Part shown: positions 28,230 to 37,721 of the stretch, piece after piece
Layout: each line of letters opens with the position of its first letter
Position numbering within the stretch: the stretch's first letter is position 1
Assembly (NCBI GenBank): GCA_963754315.1
Contig: CAVWFS010000007.1
Coordinates: forward strand, 576,001-640,000
From: an uncultured Candidatus Rokubacteria bacterium
GTDB taxonomy: Bacteria; Methylomirabilota; Methylomirabilia; Rokubacteriales; CSP1-6
DNA length: 64,000 nt
Reading direction: 5' to 3'
Translations under genes and position numbers: made by a program
The notes under the pieces: generated by a model
Database searches by the model: none
Told to the model about the DNA's origin: nothing
Seen by the model: only the letters and a program-made list of their open reading frames with translations

Positions 28230-29237
28230 CTATTGATCGCTCAGATCGGATGCTTCGCAGAACGAGGGAAACCCGGAGTCTTCCCAAAGCCCGAGGTAGG
28301 GAACGTCTTCCTTGCGACGTTGCGCGCGAATCTCGTGGTCGAGGATGCCGAAGACGAGAATGTCGCAGGGCATGCCCTGGTGGATGGCTGCCTGGCGCAG
28401 CACCCCCTCCTGCTTGAACCCGTTGCGAAGGAGAGCATTGAGACTCAGGCGGTTGTAATCATATGCCTTGGCCTCGATGCGACGAATGCCCATCAGGTCC
28501 TGGGCGTAGAAGGACAGCCACCGTGACGCGGTGACGCCCCAGCCTCGCCGCAGGGCCTGTCGGCTCACAATGGCGGTCTCGAGAAAGCCGAAACCCTGAG
28601 TCAGGTGGATGCCGTACAGACGCACGAACCCGAGGGCCACATCCGGACTACTCGAGGATTGCACGATGAGGGTCAGAGATGTCGAATCGTGCAAGACACG
28701 CGCGGCGAACTCCGGATGGTAAGGACCGAGGTGACGGCACCGATACAGCAGATGGCTGCCAACCATGGCCTTGAGAAAGGGATCGTGGGCCCACTCCTCG
28801 AAGAGCGACAGATCGTCCCAGCGGGGGCACCGCAGAACCATGTCGCCCGTCTGGACGATCGTTGTCGCTTCCGTGAACTGCTCCTGTCGGATGACCTCTA
28901 CGGGAGGGAGTTCCGATCGGGATTGCCCGACAAAGGGAAGGTGCTCGGCAATGGACGCCTCCAGGGCACCCTGGTGAACGGCGTTGCTGGGGAGCATCGC
29001 GAGCCGGATGCCGTGCTGGGCGGCGTATCGTGTTGCCTGAAACAGCGCCGCCAACCCCACCACGTCGATGAGCTTGGTATGCTCGAGGTCGACGAGGACC
29101 CTTCCCGGGCCCCTCTCGAAGTGCCGGCGGAGGGCCGGGACAAGAGAGCTGACCGTCCTGACGGTTAGCTCCTCCCCTGCATGGACAACGGCGAGGCACG
29201 TCTCGGCGGCCCCATCGGCGTCGTCACGCGGCCGCAT
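28230..29237 (-). CDS. STAS domain fused to RimJ/RimL-type GNAT acetyltransferase
   Basis: N-terminal VLVDLEHTKLIDVVGLAAL (STAS-like). C-terminal RRGWG, GIRRIEA, YNRLSLNALLRNGFKQEGVLRQ. Confidence 0.8.
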   Translation of the reverse strand: MRPRDDADGAAETCLAVVHAGEELTVRTVSSLVPALRRHFERGPGRVLVDLEHTKLIDVVGLAALFQATRYAAQHGIRLAMLPSNAVHQGALEASIAEHLPFVGQSRSELPPVEVIRQEQFTEATTIVQTGDMVLRCPRWDDLSLFEEWAHDPFLKAMVGSHLLYRCRHLGPYHPEFAARVLHDSTSLTLIVQSSSSPDVALGFVRLYGIHLTQGFGFLETAIVSRQALRRGWGVTASRWLSFYAQDLMGIRRIEAKAYDYNRLSLNALLRNGFKQEGVLRQAAIHQGMPCDILVFGILDHEIRAQRRKEDVPYLGLWEDSGFPSFCEASDLSDQ

Positions 29238-29950
29238 CAGACCGCCCTTGCCCAGGCGAGCAGGCTGATCTGGCCAAGGAAGGTCCGCGCCGACTGGAGC
29301 ACCTTGAAGCCCGCCTCCTCCAGGAGAGCGTGAAACTCCGCGGGACGCAGATAGCGGCGCTGGCCGCTTCGCATGGCCTCGAACGCGGCCGTGGGAATCA
29401 GCCAGCGTAGAGCCTGTATGGCGTCGGCGAGCCCGCTACGCGCCCTGACGTCGCGAAACGTGCTGAGGACCCGTGGAGGCCGTGTATAGGTGAGGAACAG
29501 GCCATGACCGTTCTCGATCACAGCCCGGCGGCAGCCGGTCAGGAAGCCGACTGGGTCGGGATGCCAGTAGAGAGTGTTCAGACTCACCACGACATTGTAG
29601 CAATCCCCACCAGGCATCGTTTCACGACTAAGATCCAAGTGCCGGTACGTCAGCCGACCATCCACGCGTGTAGCCCGCGCGATCTGGACGAGGCGCGCCA
29701 CGCTATCGATCCCCGTCACCTCGTACCCCTCGCGGGCCAGACGCCGGGCCAGGGTCCCCGTTCCACACGCCACGTCGAGCACGCGTGTGGAAGCGGACGG
29801 GAGACCGTCCGGGACAGCCCGCCCGACGCACGCCACGACCTCATCGAGCAGCGCATCGTAGGGGCGGAACCCACGGACGACCGCGTCATAGGCCAGCCCA
29901 TAACCGAAGGCGGCCATCTGATCCATGACCGCGTGGGCATTCGGGACCAT
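29237..29950 (-). CDS. Class I SAM-dependent methyltransferase
   Basis: VLDVACGTG, VTGID, YNVVVSLNTLYW. Confidence 0.88.
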   Translation of the reverse strand: MVPNAHAVMDQMAAFGYGLAYDAVVRGFRPYDALLDEVVACVGRAVPDGLPSASTRVLDVACGTGTLARRLAREGYEVTGIDSVARLVQIARATRVDGRLTYRHLDLSRETMPGGDCYNVVVSLNTLYWHPDPVGFLTGCRRAVIENGHGLFLTYTRPPRVLSTFRDVRARSGLADAIQALRWLIPTAAFEAMRSGQRRYLRPAEFHALLEEAGFKVLQSARTFLGQISLLAWARAV

Positions 29951-29953
29951 CGC

Positions 29954-32131
29954 TCAATTTTTCTCGAGGGCAGGCTTACCGACGACGCCCTCGTCCTCGG
30001 GAACGGTCGACACTGTCTCGCGCCGCTCGGGTAGCTTCACGCGCATGGTCGTGCCCTGGCCCGGATGGCTTTCGACCTCGATGTTGCCACCGTGCTTGGA
30101 GATGATGCTGAGGCTGACCGAGAGTCCGAGACCCGTGCCCTTGCCCTCCCCTTTCGTGGTGAAGAACGGTTCGAAGATGCGCGCGATCTGCGTCTGGTCC
30201 ATGCCCGTACCGGTATCGGCGACCCGGATCGATACGGCGCCATCGGCGTACAGGGTCGACGTCTGCACGGTGAGAGTCCCGCCCCCGGGCATGGCATCCA
30301 CAGCATTGGCAAACAGGTTGATGAACACCTGGGTGAGTTGATCGGGATCGCCCATCACGGGCGGCAGGTGTTCCTCCAGCATCAGTCGAGTCTCGACCGC
30401 CCCGCTCGCCAGCCGCGCCTGCACGATGTCGAGCGAGCGCCGCACCAGATCGTTCACGTTCACGGATTCGTGCTGGGGCTCACGGCGCCGAGAGAAATCG
30501 AGCAGGTCGCGCACGATTTTTCCTGCCCGGTTGGCCGCGTTGATGATGTTCGTGATCTTCGCGTACGCCGCAGAATCTGCGGGTGTCTTGCGGAGGAGGA
30601 CCGCGCTGCTCCCCAGAACGACCGTGAGCGGGTTGTTGATCTCGTGGGCGACGCTCGCCGCCAGCTCCCCGATGGCCGCCAGCTTGGCGGATTGCAGCAG
30701 TTGCTGTTGCGTGGTCTGCAGTTCGAGCATCCGATCCTTCAGATCCTGGTAGAGCCTGGCGTTCTTGAGCGCAATGGCTGTCTGCCCCATCAGCATCTCG
30801 AGGATCTCGATCTCCTCGGGGTTGAAGATCTCCCCCGAGAGTTTCTCTCCGAGGACGAGCACCGCCGCCAGTTCTCCGTCGAGAAACGTCGGGACGAGGA
30901 GGGCCACCCCCTGCGCCTCCAGCGTCTTGTTGAGCGCGTGCGCGCGAGTGTCGCCGGCAGCCAAGGCAATCTCTCCCACCACCATCGTCTGGGCCGAGCG
31001 CCGAAGCCAGAGCGTCACGGCGGCATCCAGGTGGTCGCCCAATGGGGTTGCCTCGCTCGCGGGCGACACCGCCTGCGCCGAGCGCTCCAACAGCCCCGTC
31101 TTGGGGCTATGCACATACAGGGCGGCGCGCATGACCGGAATCCGGGCCACCAGCTCGGTGGCCAGGGTCCGCCCGAGAGCGCCCACGTCCAGGAATGACG
31201 CCATGTCCTTGCTGAGGGCCAACAAAGCTTCCCGGACGCTGTGCTGTCGCGCGAACATGACTCGCTCCAGGCCGCGCTCCATCAAGCGGAAGAGGGGTAG
31301 GGCGAGACTGAACCCGATCAGCAAGGTGAGTCCGGCGAGGATGCTATCGTCGAAGCCCTCCGCCGGGACGGCACGGCGAACAATCCAGTCGCCGAGAATG
31401 AGCAGGGGCAGCACGGCGAGCGACGTCGACAAGTAGAGGAGCGAGCGCTTGGCCAGGGCACTCATATCGAGGAGTCGATAACGAACGATCGCGAGTCCGA
31501 GCGCGAGGGCCAGCAAGGAATTGGTCGGGATGCCAACGGGGTACAGGCGCTCCAGTCCCAGGATGAAACGGAGGAAGTCGATGGCCCCGCCGAAGAGACT
31601 CAGCGTCACGCCGACCATCACCAGCAGGATGCGCGATCGCCAGTAGCTCGACGTCTGGGCGCGCCGCGCGCGAACTAGCCGGACGAGACCGAGAACCATG
31701 AAGGTCTGGAAATAGACGAAGAACGCCGCGTAGAGGGGGCCCGAGAGGGGCGCCCATCCCCAGTACGTCTGCTGCACACCCCGCATGAACAGTGGTGTGG
31801 GGCTCACCGCCAGGAAGAACGCACAGAGGGCGTAGCCGACGAACAGCGAGCGCCGTCGCGTCGGGAGGTCGAGAAAGATCACGACGTAACGGTAGAAGAG
31901 GATGGGAATCGGGATGACCCCGACGTGAAGAATCACTTCCCACAGGAAGGCTTGGGCGGGGTCGCCGCTCCCGCGGAGGCCGAATGACCCGAGGTTCCAC
32001 ACAGCTTGCGCGCACGCAAAGTAGGCAAAGCTGCGGTTGAGCGCGCTCCGATGATCGGAGACCAGCGCACTCACGATCAGGATAGCGTTCAAGCCGAACG
32101 CGAAGAGCGGGACGAGCTGGTGCACGGTCAT
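29954..32131 (-). CDS. HisKA_7TM-type sensor histidine kinase with GAF domain
   Basis: Multi-TM N-terminus ending LAIVRYRLLDM, GAF-like segment (LVLGEKLSGEIFNPEE), AHEINNP, NLFANAVDAM, FFTTK, GTGLGL. Confidence 0.9.
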   Translation of the reverse strand: MTVHQLVPLFAFGLNAILIVSALVSDHRSALNRSFAYFACAQAVWNLGSFGLRGSGDPAQAFLWEVILHVGVIPIPILFYRYVVIFLDLPTRRRSLFVGYALCAFFLAVSPTPLFMRGVQQTYWGWAPLSGPLYAAFFVYFQTFMVLGLVRLVRARRAQTSSYWRSRILLVMVGVTLSLFGGAIDFLRFILGLERLYPVGIPTNSLLALALGLAIVRYRLLDMSALAKRSLLYLSTSLAVLPLLILGDWIVRRAVPAEGFDDSILAGLTLLIGFSLALPLFRLMERGLERVMFARQHSVREALLALSKDMASFLDVGALGRTLATELVARIPVMRAALYVHSPKTGLLERSAQAVSPASEATPLGDHLDAAVTLWLRRSAQTMVVGEIALAAGDTRAHALNKTLEAQGVALLVPTFLDGELAAVLVLGEKLSGEIFNPEEIEILEMLMGQTAIALKNARLYQDLKDRMLELQTTQQQLLQSAKLAAIGELAASVAHEINNPLTVVLGSSAVLLRKTPADSAAYAKITNIINAANRAGKIVRDLLDFSRRREPQHESVNVNDLVRRSLDIVQARLASGAVETRLMLEEHLPPVMGDPDQLTQVFINLFANAVDAMPGGGTLTVQTSTLYADGAVSIRVADTGTGMDQTQIARIFEPFFTTKGEGKGTGLGLSVSLSIISKHGGNIEVESHPGQGTTMRVKLPERRETVSTVPEDEGVVGKPALEKN

Positions 32132-32278
32132 GTCCGAGAACCTGACGCGGGCTTCCGTCGGATGGACATCATCGTCCGTCTGGTCTCGGAATCATGCGAC
32201 CCTTGAGCCGACAGAGGATTGGAGCCCATATTTCAACTTCCTTGGTACGGCAGAAGCCCCAAGTCGATGATATCATGG

Positions 32279-32794
32279 TCACAATCGATAGAGCATCCAG
32301 TACACGACGACCCCGGTCACTGAGACGTAAAGCCACAGCGGTAACGTCCAGCGAGCTATCCGGCGATGGCGCCCGAACTCCCCCTGCCAGGCGCGGTAGA
32401 TGGTCGTCAGGGCCAGTGGCACAATCGCAGCCGCCAGCACGATGTGAGAGATCAGAAGCGGGAAGTACACGAGACGAAGCCAGCCTTGGCCCGTGAAACG
32501 GCGCGACCCGTATCCATAGTGATAGGCGACGTATGACATCAAAAAGAGCACCGATACCCCAAATGCCCCCACCATGCAGGCCCGGTGTGCCTGTACCCTC
32601 CTCGAGCGGATAGAGACGTATCCGAGGACCAGAAGCGCGGCACTGCTCGCGTTCAGCACGGCGTTGAGGGCCGGCAACCACGAGCCGTCGTACCCGGATC
32701 TCTGCGGCGCTGTCCCGAAGAACAACGTGGCGACGGCGCCAACCACGCCGAGTGATACCGTCGCCACCACCGTCATCACGAGCCGATCCCGCAT
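32279..32794 (-). CDS. DUF420 family membrane protein
   Basis: LPALNAVLN, HRACM, LFLMSY, LISHIVLA, HRRIARWTLPLWLYVSVTGVVVY. Confidence 0.9.
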   Translation of the reverse strand: MRDRLVMTVVATVSLGVVGAVATLFFGTAPQRSGYDGSWLPALNAVLNASSAALLVLGYVSIRSRRVQAHRACMVGAFGVSVLFLMSYVAYHYGYGSRRFTGQGWLRLVYFPLLISHIVLAAAIVPLALTTIYRAWQGEFGRHRRIARWTLPLWLYVSVTGVVVYWMLYRL

Positions 32795-33175
32795 GCGCCG
32801 AAGTGTATGTCACCCCCCTGGCCTCGAGGTTTCCGGGGATCTTCGAGGACGGGGCAGAGCCAGGAGCATGACAGCGCTGACCCGCCTTCGCATTGCCGGA
32901 TACCATATGAGCAAGAGATGTTCCAAAGCGTGCTTCCGGCGGGCAGGATGTTCGGGCTCGACCGAAGCCTGCCGTCCGAAGCCTTCTGGCGTCTCCGTGA
33001 ATCAGGCGTTTTTCCTGTTAGACCATGAGGCCCTGCCATTCTCTGGCCAGGTTGGGAAGGCTGCGGATGCCATGCCACCTGGCGTCGGGACGATGGTATG
33101 CTCGCGCCACATACACCCTTCCGCGGCCGCCATGAGACCGCCGATCGGCCAGGCACGACACGAAAGGAGCGCCGG

Positions 33176-33799
33176 ATGTCTGTGAGATTGTTCGTGGGAG
33201 GTCTGTCGTTCTCCACCTCCACAGACCGACTCCGCGAAGCGTTCGCCCGGTTTGGAGTTGTCGACTCGGCGGCCGTGATGACGGATCGCGAGACGGGAAG
33301 GTCGCGTGGCTTCGGCTTCGTGGAGATGGCCTCAACCGATGAGGCCGAGCGGGCCATCGGCTCGCTGAACGGATCGAATCTTGACGGCCGTACGATTCGC
33401 GTCGACAAAGCGACGCCACGCGGCGCCGCTCCATCACGTTCCCCCGTCGGCGACCGTCGCCCCACGGGCGCAGGCTCTGCTCGCGGTCCCGGAGGAGGGT
33501 TTACCGACCGCCGGCCAACCGGAGGTGCCGGTGGGCCTCCGCGGGGCGGGAGCACCAGACCCGGTGGATGGCAGGATCGTACGCCTGGCAGTGGGCCGGG
33601 CGGTCGCGGGCCTGGCGATCCCTGGTCGAGCGAGCGTGGCGATCAGAGGCGCGGAGCCCCGCGCCGTGGCGCTCCCGACCCGAGGCGTGGCTCCGGCGAA
33701 GGTCGCCGCCCCGGCGGCCTGCGCAAGGGACCCGGTACTCAGCGTCGCAGCAACGATCGAGGCCGGCGCAGCCTCGGAGACGACTTCCGCGCCCTCTAA
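33176..33799 (+). CDS. RRM RNA-binding protein with Gly/Arg/Pro-rich tail
   Basis: RNP2 LFVGGL, RNP1 RGFGFVEM; AAAGGAG RBS. Confidence 0.92.
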   Translation: MSVRLFVGGLSFSTSTDRLREAFARFGVVDSAAVMTDRETGRSRGFGFVEMASTDEAERAIGSLNGSNLDGRTIRVDKATPRGAAPSRSPVGDRRPTGAGSARGPGGGFTDRRPTGGAGGPPRGGSTRPGGWQDRTPGSGPGGRGPGDPWSSERGDQRRGAPRRGAPDPRRGSGEGRRPGGLRKGPGTQRRSNDRGRRSLGDDFRAL

Positions 33800-33971
33800 A
33801 CCGCCCGTGATGCTTGGGCGTGTGGCCGGTATAAGAGAGCTCTTTCGTTCGCGCCTATGCCCGGCGCCCGGGCAGGATGCACGCCTTCCGGGCAGCCACG
33901 TGCAACCGACGCACGAATCCTCCTGCTCACAAGGGGCGGCACGCGCTCGTACTTTGGCATACTCTCAAGGA

Positions 33972-35819
33972 GTGCTGATCCGGTTCTGGGGAACGCGAGG
34001 GTCGATCCCGACGCCTGACCGCCGCACGAACTACTTCGGCGGCAACACCAGCTGCGTCGAGGTCCGCACGGGCGACGATCACGCAATCGTCCTGGATTGC
34101 GGAACGGGGGCCCGGCAACTCGGACTGGACATCCTGGGCCGGGGCGAACCCCTTCCGCCGCTGCACATTCTCATCACCCACACACACTGGGATCACATTC
34201 AGGGCTTTCCCTTCTTTCTTCCCGCCTACGTGCCAGGCGCCCGCCTGACGTTTTACGGCACCCGCGGTTTGGAACGCACGCTCGAGGCGTCGATCTCCGA
34301 ACAAATGCATCAGACATACTTTCCTGTTCAGCTGGGAGAGCTCCGCGCCGAGGTCGACTTCGTCGAGCTCGCCGAGCAGCGCTTCGCCCTCGGCTCCTGC
34401 CGGGTGACCACGCAATTTCTCAACCACACGGCACCCACCATCGGCTATCGCTTCGAGCGTGGCCCCCTCAAATTCGCGTACGTCACCGACCATGAGCCGT
34501 TTTGGTGGTCCCCGACGGGCCGCGCTCAGGCCGGCTCCTACCTGCATCCCGGTGACGAGCGCCACGTTGCCTTCGTCGCGGGCGTCGATCTTCTGATCCA
34601 CGATGCGCAGTACAGCGACCGCGAGTACCCGGCCAAGCGTGGATGGGGGCATAGCCCGATCGAATACGTGGTGGACGTCGCGATACGGGCTGGTGTGAAG
34701 CGACTGGTCCTCTTCCACCATGATCCCCTGCACACCGACGCCTGGGTACGTCAGCACACAGAGGTAGCCCGTCGCCGCGCACGTGCGGCGGGCTCGTCGC
34801 TGGAAATCCTTGCCGCCTCGGAAGGACTGGAGATCCGTCTCGAAGAGCCCGCGAGAGCTAGCAAGCCAGTCCTCAACGGGGCCCCGCGCTTGGTCGCATC
34901 GGCCCGTGGTGGTCGCATTCTGGTGGCCGGATCCACCGCGGGCACGACCCGAGAGATCCGCGACGCCCTGGCGGGCGATGGGTACGACATCACCCTGATG
35001 ACCGGCAACGGTAAGGTGGAGCGGCTGGCGGAAAAGCAGCGCCCGCACCTTCTGATCCTGGTGGGGTCCAAGCGCGAAACCGCGATGCTCGACACGGTCA
35101 AGCGAGTCCGCGGTGAAGCGTGGGGGGCCTCCCTTCCCATCCTCGTTCTCGCGGGATCGGAGGGGCCGGGTGTGGCCGGTCGTCTGGCCGACCGCTTCAC
35201 CGACATCCTGACCCGCCCACTGAACCCGGCGTTCCTCCGTCCTCGCGTCCGCGCTTGGCTGAGCCGGGGCGCGGCTTCGGTGCCGGTCGACAGGAGCATT
35301 CACCGGCAACACATCGTCCGTACGTCGATCGGGCCAGGTCGCGGGTTTCTGCAGGAGCTCCCCCTCGGCGAGCGCGCCGCCCTCTTCATCGGGGCCCAGA
35401 CGGCCCGGTTCCGCGACGGTGAAATCATCTTCAAGGAAGGCGATCCGGCCGGGGGGCTGTATCTCGTGCGAGCGGGACGTGTGCGTCTGACCGTTCGCGA
35501 ACGCGATCGGGAGATCGTGCTTGGGACCGCGGGGCCGGGAGATACGCTCGGCGAACTCGCCGCTGTCGACGGTGGGCCGCGAACGGCAACGGCACACGCG
35601 CTCGGCGCCACCGCTGCTGACTACATCCCTCGCGAAATGTTCGCGGCCAGTCTGTCCTCTGCACCCGCCGCTGCAGTTCGGCTGCTTCATCGAATGGCCA
35701 AACGCCTTCGTCTGACGGACCCTCACGTGGGAGAGCTGACGAGCCTCGAGGGGGCGATGGGGCGCGCCGAGGCCGAGCACCTTGAGGCCTCACCGAAGAC
35801 ACGGTCCAGACGGCGCTGA
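33972..35819 (+). CDS. Metallo-beta-lactamase-fold hydrolase with pseudo-receiver and cyclic-nucleotide-binding domains
   Basis: FWGTRGSIP, GGNTSC, THTHWDHIQG, GWGHS, LFHHDP; then a REC-like segment; then IFKEGD...GELAAVDGGPRTATA. Confidence 0.85.
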   Translation: MLIRFWGTRGSIPTPDRRTNYFGGNTSCVEVRTGDDHAIVLDCGTGARQLGLDILGRGEPLPPLHILITHTHWDHIQGFPFFLPAYVPGARLTFYGTRGLERTLEASISEQMHQTYFPVQLGELRAEVDFVELAEQRFALGSCRVTTQFLNHTAPTIGYRFERGPLKFAYVTDHEPFWWSPTGRAQAGSYLHPGDERHVAFVAGVDLLIHDAQYSDREYPAKRGWGHSPIEYVVDVAIRAGVKRLVLFHHDPLHTDAWVRQHTEVARRRARAAGSSLEILAASEGLEIRLEEPARASKPVLNGAPRLVASARGGRILVAGSTAGTTREIRDALAGDGYDITLMTGNGKVERLAEKQRPHLLILVGSKRETAMLDTVKRVRGEAWGASLPILVLAGSEGPGVAGRLADRFTDILTRPLNPAFLRPRVRAWLSRGAASVPVDRSIHRQHIVRTSIGPGRGFLQELPLGERAALFIGAQTARFRDGEIIFKEGDPAGGLYLVRAGRVRLTVRERDREIVLGTAGPGDTLGELAAVDGGPRTATAHALGATAADYIPREMFAASLSSAPAAAVRLLHRMAKRLRLTDPHVGELTSLEGAMGRAEAEHLEASPKTRSRRR

Positions 35820-36117
35820 ACAAGTCTCGTTTGTCCACCTCTTCACAGCTATCCCCAACTCGGAATTAGAACGCCCCAGCGCGGTCTGACAGCTGCGGGC
35901 GCCCGGGTGAGCGCGTCGTTCCGGGTCAAACTCCCTCCACCCGCGACTGTGAGGCGACAATAGGCGGCTGCGGCCAGCCTCTCCTCTCCCGTTACCGCCT
36001 AGGATGCATGTGAACAAGGCGTTGACAGGTCCCCACCCGTGCCTCCTAGAGTGCCCCCCGTGCGTGTGCGGCCTGCCGGCCGCTGTCGGTCTCGACAACA
36101 TGGGGAGGCGCCGTCCG

Positions 36118-36996
36118 ATGCTTGGATCGATCGCTGGCGATATCAGGTTCAAGGAGCCCCTGAGTGTGCACACCTCGCTCCGCCTGGGCGGACCGGCCGA
36201 TGTCTTCATCGCCCCCGAGAACATCGATGACATCCGCCACGCTCTTCGCTTCGCGCAGCGTGAGCAGATGCCGGTGACGGTCGTCGGGGCCGGCACCCAT
36301 CTCCTGGTAACCGAGCGCGGCTTTCGGGGCGTTCTCCTGAAGCTCGACGGGGTTCTCCGACGTGTCGAGTTTTACGGTCACGAGGCGGTGGCAGGCGCCG
36401 GTGCCGACGTGTTCGCCCTCGTCCGCGCGGCGGCGGCCCTCAACCTGGGTGGGCTCACCCACCTGGTGGGGACGGCGGGCACGGTCGGGGGAGCACTGGT
36501 CGTGCACGGAGCCAACCCCGGCCAGGCCCTCGCGTCCCTCGTATCTTCCGTCTACTTCATTCGAGGTGATGGCGAACTGGACGAGGCAAAAGTTACCCTG
36601 GATGGATTGACCGAGCACCCGCTCGCGGCATCGGATCGCATCCTGATCGGCTGCAGGTTGCGGCTAGCCCGCCAGTCACAAGCATCACTCACCAGGGAGA
36701 TCACCCAATCTCTTCGCAGGCGCCCTCTCCTACAGACACTGACCTTCGCGGCCGCCGCTGTCTGGAAGGATCCGCCGGGGCAGAATGCCGGGTTCCTCAT
36801 CGAGCGGGCCGGCCTGACCGGCAAGCGAGTCAATGCCGCCGAGATCTGCCCGAAGCATCCCAGCATGATCGTCAATAGAGGCGCCGCCACCGCGGTCGAC
36901 GTGCTGGCCCTCATGCAGTTGACTCGCGAGCGAGTCCTCGATCGTACGGGCGTTCGCCTCGAGGCGGCTATCCGCACCCTCGGCGAGACCGGGTAG
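36118..36996 (+). CDS. murB: MurB-like FAD-binding protein with degenerate active site
   Basis: EPLSVHTSLRLGGPAD, VGAGTHLLV, GTVGGAL, AGFLIERAGL, IVNRGAATA. Catalytic positions are altered. Confidence 0.72.
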   Translation: MLGSIAGDIRFKEPLSVHTSLRLGGPADVFIAPENIDDIRHALRFAQREQMPVTVVGAGTHLLVTERGFRGVLLKLDGVLRRVEFYGHEAVAGAGADVFALVRAAAALNLGGLTHLVGTAGTVGGALVVHGANPGQALASLVSSVYFIRGDGELDEAKVTLDGLTEHPLAASDRILIGCRLRLARQSQASLTREITQSLRRRPLLQTLTFAAAAVWKDPPGQNAGFLIERAGLTGKRVNAAEICPKHPSMIVNRGAATAVDVLALMQLTRERVLDRTGVRLEAAIRTLGETG

Positions 36997-37004
36997 CCAG
37001 CGCC

Positions 37005-37433
37005 TCAGACGTCGAGGACGATCCGGGCGGACCAGCCTCCAAGGTGGCGCTCGAGGGCGAAGTGGTGCAAGGTCGGCGCCTTGACGTCGGCCCGAAGGAT
37101 CGTCCGCGCGCGATCAATGGGCCCGCCAGCCACCCGAGCCGTCAACCGGCACTCTGGAGGACCCGCCACCGCCACCGTCGTCTCGGTAAAGATGAGCGAC
37201 TCGCTGTCCTTCACGAAGATCAGCTCCGCGATCCAGTCGAAGAGGAGGAGGTCCAGGGCCGACGCGGTGAGCACAATCTCCCTCCGGGTGGTCACGGGGA
37301 TGGTGCGCGGGTCGACCATGATCTCCGCCACGGCGCGGCCGACAGTGACGAAGAGATCGCTCAGATCGTGCCCAATGACCTCGATGGCACAGTCGGCCGT
37401 CGTAATCTCGTCCAGAAACACGTAGTGCCCCAC
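37005..37433 (-). CDS. Archease
   Basis: YVFLDEITTAD, LLFDWIAELIF, DVKAPTLH, C-terminal IVLDV. Confidence 0.88.
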   Translation of the reverse strand: MGHYVFLDEITTADCAIEVIGHDLSDLFVTVGRAVAEIMVDPRTIPVTTRREIVLTASALDLLLFDWIAELIFVKDSESLIFTETTVAVAGPPECRLTARVAGGPIDRARTILRADVKAPTLHHFALERHLGGWSARIVLDV

Positions 37434-37721
37434 GGTGGGGATATTGTGCGGGAGGAGGGGCGATAGGACCTCAGTGATCGGAAGGGGGCGGACGCGTGCT
37501 ATGTTCACTTTCGTGACCGCTGACGACTTTGCGCGCAGGGTTGATTTCGACGCCGCGTGATATCCCGACCTCCAGCAGGAGTCCAGGTAGCGATCCCGGC
37601 CACATCGGTGCCACCGGCATCTAGCGGCCCGTACGAACGGCCGGACGTCTCACGGCTGGCACGGGAGGGGCGAGGGCCTGCCCGCTGGTCGAATCTCGAG
37701 CGCGCGTGGTCTCGCCCGAGC

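Noticed and set aside
33381..33971. 197-aa N-terminal extension of the MBL protein
   Set aside because: It overlaps the RRM gene and has low-complexity composition. The family N-terminus begins at GTG 33972.
35831..36018. DnaA-box cluster or replication origin (TTGTCCACC, CTATCCCCA, TGTGAACAA)
   Set aside because: All matches have mismatches, they are few, and there is no AT-rich unwinding element or dnaA/dnaN context.
36022..36052. TTGACA...TAGAGT promoter for the MurB-like gene
   Set aside because: The 19-nt spacer is too long to call with confidence.
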